This document shows positions 36,665 to 43,297 of a stretch of DNA of 43,297 nucleotides, one piece after another. This stretch comes from Phoronis australis (taxonomy: Eukaryota; Animalia; Phoronida), in contig NMRA01000490.1 of the NCBI GenBank assembly GCA_002633005.1, positions 61,665 to 104,961 of the forward strand, read 5' to 3'. The position numbers and the translations under genes are program-made. Every line of letters begins with the position of its first letter. Position 1 is the stretch's first letter. The notes beneath the pieces are model-generated. The model saw nothing but the letters and a program-made list of their open reading frames with translations. It was not told the origin of the DNA and did no database searches.

Positions 36665-37083
36665 AGTCAGACCCTGCTGGCATGCATAGAATTGAGAAAC
36701 CAATAAGAGACTATGTTCATTACCTGAGGTCAGTGTCTTTCCTTTATTATCTTGTACATTGTGAACTAAAAGCTGTTCACCAGCGTGGGATCATTTCTGA
36801 CATGCGGGTTCAGGTCACATTTGACTGTCTGAGTGCATACATTTTCAGTTTGGTCCGTGTTACTTAATGAATTTTAAGCTCATTCAGGATGAATGCATTA
36901 TATTATGCTGTAAACATTGGGAGACTTCGTTTCCTGGGTAATGCATGTGTACTTCCACACATGGTCTGGGTACTCAGTCTTTGTAGTCAGGGCCAATTTG
37001 CAGAGAAAGGTCAAGGTTGGACTGCAGAGTTGTGAGTCAACTTGTATTTTATTGAACACATTTTGAGTAATCTTCTTCTCCAG

Positions 37084-37263
37084 GGAACCATGGAAGAGAA
37101 GATCTATGAGCGCCAAGTCATGAAGCAGACGTTATCAAAGCGCGTCGTAGATGAGCAGCAGATCCAGCGACACTTCACCGCCTCTGACCTCAGCGAGCTC
37201 TATCAGTTCAGGCCTGCCTCATGGGATCCAGATGCACCTCGGGAAGTGCCCCGTTTGCCCAAG
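37084..37263 (+). CDS. ATRX: ATRX-family chromatin remodeller, exon following helicase motif VI
   Basis: [42 protein letters not shown]...PRLPK matches ATRX [32 protein letters not shown]...PMLPK. AG/GT bounded, 180 bp. Confidence 0.92.
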
Positions 37264-37612
37264 GTAACTGTGTTTTAAGACAAGTTTGTGTTCAGTTCTA
37301 ATATGTATCAATAGAGGGAGTTAACTTGATGCTAGTTGTGAACAGTCTTTTAAAATAAGATTGCGAGTGTACGTCCAGGATTTACAACTAGGGTGACTAT
37401 TATGTAGGGACATATAGCATGTATTTCAGTTGCGAGTCTTGCTTAAGTTTCTGTTCTTCAGGTGTCTTGAAGTATGGTGATTTAAAACATTCTTTTGTTT
37501 TCCAGTTTACTATGCCCAGGTGCCTGTTAAGAATTGTTTTATCCAACTTTGAAATTGCAGATTTTTGGCCCTCATTGTCGATGTGCTCATTTTGCATAAC
37601 TGTTCATTACAG

Positions 37613-37781
37613 GACGTGTTATTGGCCCATCTGTTGCAACAACGTCCGGAATGGATCGTCAAATATCACGAGCACAACTCTCTGTTGGAGAATCAAGAAG
37701 AGGAAGTGTTGACGGAGGAGGAGAGAAAGGCAGCGTGGGAAGAATTTGAGCAGGAAAAGGACTGGGAGAAACAACAGGACG
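37613..37781 (+). CDS. ATRX: ATRX-family exon (conserved HEH.SLL...LTEEERKAAW motif)
   Basis: DVLLAHLLQQRPEWIVKYHEHNSLLENQEEEVLTEEERKAAWEEFEQEK; acceptor cattacag, donor G|gtgaga. Confidence 0.92.
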
Positions 37782-38536
37782 GTGAGATGTAGTGCTTGTT
37801 GTTGTTGTTTATCTTTCATGATGTTCTTTGGACTAACCACAGAGTTCTGAAAATGCGCCTGTGGCATTTGTTTGGGAAATGGTTCATAGGAGAAGGGTTG
37901 GGGATGTCGTTGCCTGAGGAAAAACTGTTGATAGACGTGCAAATTTTTATTATTTTTGACGGCACAAAATAGTCTGGTATCCCTTGAATGGTTAGCCACT
38001 GCTCTGCTGAGATTATAAACAGTTCAGTTGTAAGTTATACTATGCACTCAGGAAATCATGGTTCACAAGAGAACTCTCTTTGTTTGCTGAGAAGTTAACT
38101 GTCTTTGGATACAGCCTAAATGAAACACAAAAGGTAAAATGAAGTGAAATCTATTGTACGACTGCTTAAAAGAATACTAAACCCTGTTTTGGTGATTTCA
38201 AACAATCCTGTTCTGTCACCTTCTTATGCGTCATTGCTGTCCTGCTTGAGATAAAAACAGGATTCAACTGAAAACTCGTAGTCTCTGTGTCGCAGATTGG
38301 ATATTATGGTTCTTAGTGGGTGGTATTTCCCTACAGTTGTCTTGTAACTCTCCTAAATGATAGGTCTCTCTCGCCAGTTTAGGTGACTCTGAAATTAGTT
38401 TTCATCTTTAATATCTGTTAATGGGTATGGTATCTTGTGTTTGCTGCCTTGGGAGTGAGTTTTTTACCCTCACATTGGTTGTGTCTCAGGTTGGAGGTTA
38501 GTCGCACTTTTACCCATTCCTGTGTTGTTGTTGCAG

Positions 38537-38622
38537 GTGTTGCCCGAAAAACGGTAGTTTCCCGATTTGACTCCATGTTGAGACTTCAGATACCGAACCT
38601 CACGAGGGTCATCCTTAACGAG
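38537..38622 (+). CDS. ATRX: ATRX-family C-terminal exon
   Basis: ttgcag|GT GTT...GAG|gtatgt; phase 1 to 0, continuing the frame: GVARKTVVSRFDSMLRLQIPNLTRVILNE. Confidence 0.75.
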
Positions 38623-39888
38623 GTATGTGAAGTGAAGTCACTTTAATATCGTGTTGGTTACCTTTGTTGATTATTTTCTGTGTGTTTTTTTGGTCAAATT
38701 CGCTGTATTTTAACAACTTACTAATCTGCACACTTTCTTCATTTCACAATTACTGTCAGTAACAGTCGTTTAATTTTTGTAACAGTTTGTTATGCAAACA
38801 TTACTTTTTTTAGTTGTTAATTCATTTTGCTAAGTTTAAAATGGCACCTAACTAAAAAAAACCACTCGATAACTAATGCGTTGTTAAAGGCGGTTTGTAA
38901 AGTATTGTCTGGCCGTCATGTGTGATGCTTTTATTTTTCAATGTCCGCAATAAAAGTTTTCAAGCTGTCATTACAACTAACAACATTTCACTTACATCAC
39001 TTCACTTTATCAAACGTATCTCTACTACTTCCTTACACAGATTAGACATGATTTCTGGTGTTTGGAAAAACTTATGGTTCGTCACTGTTTGAGACAAGGC
39101 TGTGTTTCATGAAAAATGACTTATCGTTTGAGTCAGAAATTTTATCTTGCACTACAACATCGCCATTACTGATTAAAATTCTTGCAGTTTGATTATTAGC
39201 ACATCACAGCTTAGCAATCATTTAAGATGCGGATTAATTTATGAATATTTAAGATGTCAATTTCTCATTTTTCGGAAGTAGTTGAGTGTCTTAAGCAACT
39301 TTTCATAAAGCATAGTCCAGCTCATTTTATTTGCTGAACGTGGTATAACAAAGTTATAGTTCCATCCAAGCCCAGAAAGCACTTCTTACCTGACCAAGTT
39401 TTTAGTGGTAAGTGGTCTTAATTAAAGGGTTAGTTTCATTAAAGGAAGGCAGGCTTATAGCACTTTCAAATAGGTAAAACTTTTAGAATCTTGAGGAGAG
39501 ACAATCATACTTTATGGCCAGGCTGGCCAAATATTTATTTCTGTATTCGTATCACGTTTATGATTGTGTCGTACTAAGCAACATCAGAAGCACTGACAGG
39601 ACGTGCAAAGTAAAATCATTTCTTTGCAAAATAAGTCCTTTCCCATGTGCTCTGCTACCCAAGTAGTGACTGTTGACTTTGTAATGGGTGCGGCTTGCTT
39701 GTACAAAGCCTAACATAATCAACTTATTCCTTGTTGTGACCATGTAGCAGTGGCCCATCTGAATTAAGCCCTTCTTTATTGTCAACTTTCACAAAAAATG
39801 TGTGTCATCAGGCACATGTTTCTTATTGTTATCTCTGAACCCCAGGGGGATCGTAGTGGTTCTGTCATGGCGTCTGTGCTTGTTTTAG

Positions 39889-40002
39889 TTCCCAGACAGC
39901 AGCAGTGAGGAAGTGATGACACGTCTCCGTAACTTCATTGACTCTCAGATGAAGTCCCAGGCGAGGGCAGTGGTGCAGCAGGAGGCGAATATCAAGAAAC
40001 AG
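39889..40002 (+). CDS. ATRX: ATRX-family C-terminal exon
   Basis: ttgttttag|TTC...CAG|gtgcca; 114 bp, open in phase 0: FPDSSSEEVMTRLRNFIDSQMKSQARAVVQQEANIKKQ. Confidence 0.75.
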
Positions 40003-40330
40003 GTGCCACATCTTGCTCAGTGAAAACTCGTTATTCTTACTTGTTTAATTTCAAACATTCAAACTGTTTTCATTAAGAGGTTGTGGGTAATCTGTGGTGG
40101 ATTTATTGGGTAATTTTTCAATACTCTTAATACTGATAGGCTTATGAGCTCCTAGGACGAAGTGGAGCGTAAGGGTCGTAGTATATGCCATTCATTTTGT
40201 GTGTATTCCTTGGTGCATCTGTGATATTGAATATTTAGGCTCCAACAATAAAGCCATGACTAAGTGATTCAAATTTCCTGTAGATTCTGCCTAGGCAGCA
40301 CAACACAATAATGCCTCCATTTGTTTTCAG

Positions 40331-40930
40331 CTTGAGGCTCAACACCAGAGGGAGCTGCAGTATCACAAGCAGATGGCTAGATCGAATCAAGTGATTGGCT
40401 ACGTCCAACCGACGACGGCAGTGCGTCCGCAGGGCTACGTCAGCCAGATCACAGCGCCCACTGCCCAGATGGTGTCACACCCTCGCCTTATCAATCCTCA
40501 TTACTTTAGCTACACGACAGGCAGACCTCATTTAACACATGCAGGGGTTCGGCCAATCCTTCCCAAGTCAGATGTGACAAACTCACAATTGACTCCCCGC
40601 TCAGAGTCAGTGGTATTGTCGGCCCCACGGACACTCCTTCCTGGGCCAGGCATGTCTTCACAGATTCTACAGTCCGTACGTCATTTACTACCAGCCGGTG
40701 CTACCAGTAACAACATCAGAATAGTCCGTGTCACATCCGCAGGTGCTGTTAACCAGCAACCAGTGACACTACTTCTGCAGAATGCTGGTGCAGGTCAGGC
40801 AACAACTGTCAGCTCATCATCGACGACGGCGGCCTCTAGTGTTCCCGTACGTCACGCACCCCCTCTGGTTGCGACCGCAGTGCACAATATTCCAGTGGCT
40901 AGAGTTCAGCCCTCTTTTGCCTCCAACTGA
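40331..40930 (+). CDS. ATRX: ATRX-family terminal coding exon (low-complexity P/Q/S/T/V-rich tail)
   Basis: ttgttttcag|LEAQHQRELQYHKQMARSNQ...PSFASN*, in frame with ORF 40373-40930. Confidence 0.8.
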   Translation, partial: LEAQHQRELQYHKQMARSNQVIGYVQPTTAVRPQGYVSQITAPTAQMVSHPRLINPHYFSYTTGRPHLTHAGVRPILPKSDVTNSQLTPRSESVVLSAPRTLLPGPGMSSQILQSVRHLLPAGATSNNIRIVRVTSAGAVNQQPVTLLLQNAGAGQATTVSSSSTTAASSVPVRHAPPLVATAVHNIPVARVQPSFASN

Positions 40931-41278
40931 GAACTGTCAATTCCAATTAATTGATAATTGTTTCCACAGCATGGCTGACAATCACCACTGACGATCTGTA
41001 AAATGATTAAAAAATAATTTCCAAGCATAGAAAAGTCGTTGGCAAAAGGTAATACTCATGGACGCCCCACTCACCTGCCAAAATAAGCTGCTCATGACCC
41101 TGTAAGAATTTCAGATGAATACTACCTGTAGTGAAAAGGGGCCAACCCAGTCATATCTACTTTATAGCTCCAAAGATTAGAATTGGCCATGTAGTCATAG
41201 AAACTAACATTTCAACGTGCAAGTAATTTGTGTTAGGGTTCTCCAAGTGTTACAAGGACGACATTGATATGCACTCTT

Positions 41279-41341
41279 AATAAAACTTGCACAGAGCACT
41301 TGTGTTTCCATTCAAAGTTGAGTAACAATTCCAGAAATAAA
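41279..41341 (+). terminator. Candidate polyadenylation signals of the ATRX-like gene
   Basis: AATAAA at 41279 and 41336, followed by a GT/T-rich tract at 41362-41398. Confidence 0.4.
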
Positions 41342-42049
41342 ATTAGTGTAAACAGTTGAAATGGTTTTTGGGGTTGTGTGTTTTTTTTTTTAATTTTAAC
41401 ACGGAAAATCTGGTAAAAGGTAGATTACATAGACTTTGTCCCTTCCCGTTTTGGTTCACCAATACTGTGTTGCCTTCTTCAGTCAAACTACCGTACACTT
41501 TCCTTGTTCAAAAATGAATGCCCATGCAACTTTTTGTTGTATTGTCTCTATGTGATTTTGATCACTACAAAACATTGAGATGGGAATTTTATAAGTGTTT
41601 ACCAAGAATGTCAGCTTTATGAACCATGGTTTTACTTTCGTGCAGCAAGCAAAGTACTGGCAGTTTAGTATCTTTTAAGATAAGTTAAAACTCCCTTTGA
41701 TATTTATCATTGATATGGTATGTTATATATTGAAAACTTGATTCAGGTGAGTGTTCATTGTCACCTTGTGGGAAAATTTATTTAAATTGTAGTTTTGTGT
41801 TAATTGAGCTATTTTGTGATTTTATATGTACTCGTATGATGATTTGAACTGAGAGGATGACCTTGTTTGAAATGTCACTGGCTGAAGATTTTCTGTTTTT
41901 AGCTCAAGTTTAAGAGCATTTCTTTAGTTCCATTAAGAGTTAGCTGAGATTTTGCTGTTTGCTGAAGTTGTATTTTGTAAAAATTTTATTGTTGTGTTTA
42001 TTTATTAGATGTTCTTTGATTTGATGTGCCAGTACTTGTGCCTCATGTT

Positions 42050-42072
42050 AATATATATATATATATATATAT
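42050..42072. repeat. (AT)n microsatellite
   Basis: atatatatatatatatatatat. Confidence 0.9.
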
Positions 42073-42633
42073 GAAAAACGTGTCATCTTTCGAAGTCAAA
42101 ATCCTGCCCACGCTCTTCAAGGAAATGCAAAAGGTAAAAAGCTGATTTTATAGTGTTTGTTTGAGATGTCACTAATGCCATACAAATAGCTACCTGGTGA
42201 GTATCGTTGCATACTCAACCCTCTGCTACTGCGATCTCCATGCAAGACAATGACAGATGTTTCTGTTGAATGTTTTCAGATCATGCTGGCTTTTAGAAGC
42301 TACTTTTAAATTATTAAAACATTAGAGCAACCGTTCTCATTTGTACATGATAACACTATGGACCGAGTGGAGTTCTTGGACTGCTTTTACACAAGAGAGG
42401 GAGACGGAGAGAGGCGGGAGAGGGAGAATTGGTCATAATCTGAATACAAATAGTACCTATCAGTGGCGGATCTAGGATATCACAAGGGGGGGCAACATTT
42501 TGTCTGAAAACATTTGCGTAAAGCACGATTAGATTGGCACAGCACCGAATAGGGGGAGGTCGGGAGGGGGGTTTGCCTACTTGTGTATGGTCCACTAAAC
42601 CTACTTCTTTTTGTAACACTTTTTATATTTTGT

Positions 42634-43098
42634 GCAATCAGTTCGTAACAAAATTGTTGTATTTAAAATAGTCTTCAATTGCCCAAAAGACCAAATCCGT
42701 TTTTTGTGTTGGCATTAATGACGCGATTGCTTTGGAAATCGTCTTAGTTAAGGTTTGACAAAGAGAGAATTGTGAGTTTCTGAGTGATTCATTAAGGCTG
42801 CGATTAAAATTCATCATCACTCAGATTCCATTTTCTTTAAAAAATGAAGTAATTTTCTTCATTGCACCATAGCAGACGGCGGAAACGGAGTCGTAGTGCG
42901 CAGCGCCACTGCCGGTAGCCTGGGATATCGTTTCGTTACGATTGAGCCGTGTTCCGAATTTGACACTTGAAATTGGATCTGAGCAATCGGTTCTTAACAA
43001 ATTTGTTGTATTCACGATAGTCTTCAAATGCTCAAAAGACCAAATCCGTTTTTCGTGTTGGCAGTAATGACGGGATTGCTTTGGAAATCGCGTCTTAA
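42634..43098. repeat. Diverged ~113-bp direct repeat, 350 bp apart
   Basis: gcaatc.gttc.taacaaa.ttgttgtatt...atagtcttcaa.tgc.caaaagaccaaatccgtttt...ttggaaatcg at ~42634-42747 and ~42983-43098. Confidence 0.85.
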
Positions 43099-43297
43099 AA
43101 GGGAACTGTATTTTATTCTGAATGAATTCTGGATAGTTTTCTATGAATTGTTGATTAATTTCACAAATAATTCAACACCAAAAATTAAACTTATGTTCTC
43201 TAACGAAGCTCAAAAAATTACCGGCTTGGAGCGCTGCTTAGTCTCGTGACGTATTTGGCGGGGGCAAAGTCACTGTCCTGTGTTAGCGTGCAATCAA

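Noticed and set aside
37084-37781. RAD54L2/ARIP4 assignment
   Set aside because: The [14 protein letters not shown] and LTEEERKAAW motifs match ATRX rather than ARIP4.
42821-43027. HYDSV word suggesting an OTU protease
   Set aside because: No upstream OTU Cys motif, and the ORF overlaps a non-coding direct repeat.

Overview
AT-rich, repeat-dense eukaryotic (animal) genomic window. It is probably a marine invertebrate; that is an inference from the transposon spectrum, not shown directly. Assembly gaps lie at 2110-2688, 21646-21653 and 30025-31017. The only clearly recognisable host gene is the spliced 3' end of an ATRX-family SNF2 remodeller on the + strand (five exons, 37084-40930); I could not find its upstream helicase exons anywhere in the window. 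The first ~34 kb is mostly nested, decayed transposons: an ISL2EU-like element (THAP plus SAP/YqaJ, AT target duplication), a P-like THAP element (31-bp TIRs, 7-bp TSD) splitting a CR1/L2 LINE, two L1/Tx1 fragments, Penelope-like GIY-YIG fragments with hammerhead-like motifs, a Kolobok-like THAP end, a Sola-like element and several MITEs. The most unusual observations are: (i) two inverted Helentron/HINE-like copies, each carrying an array of about 9 CTCF-consensus motifs at ~145-bp spacing in divergent orientation; (ii) a frameshifted DM (Doublesex/Mab-3) domain remnant; (iii) a symmetric ShKT-domain exon and other minus-strand micro-exons; (iv) an array of ~22 short palindromes.
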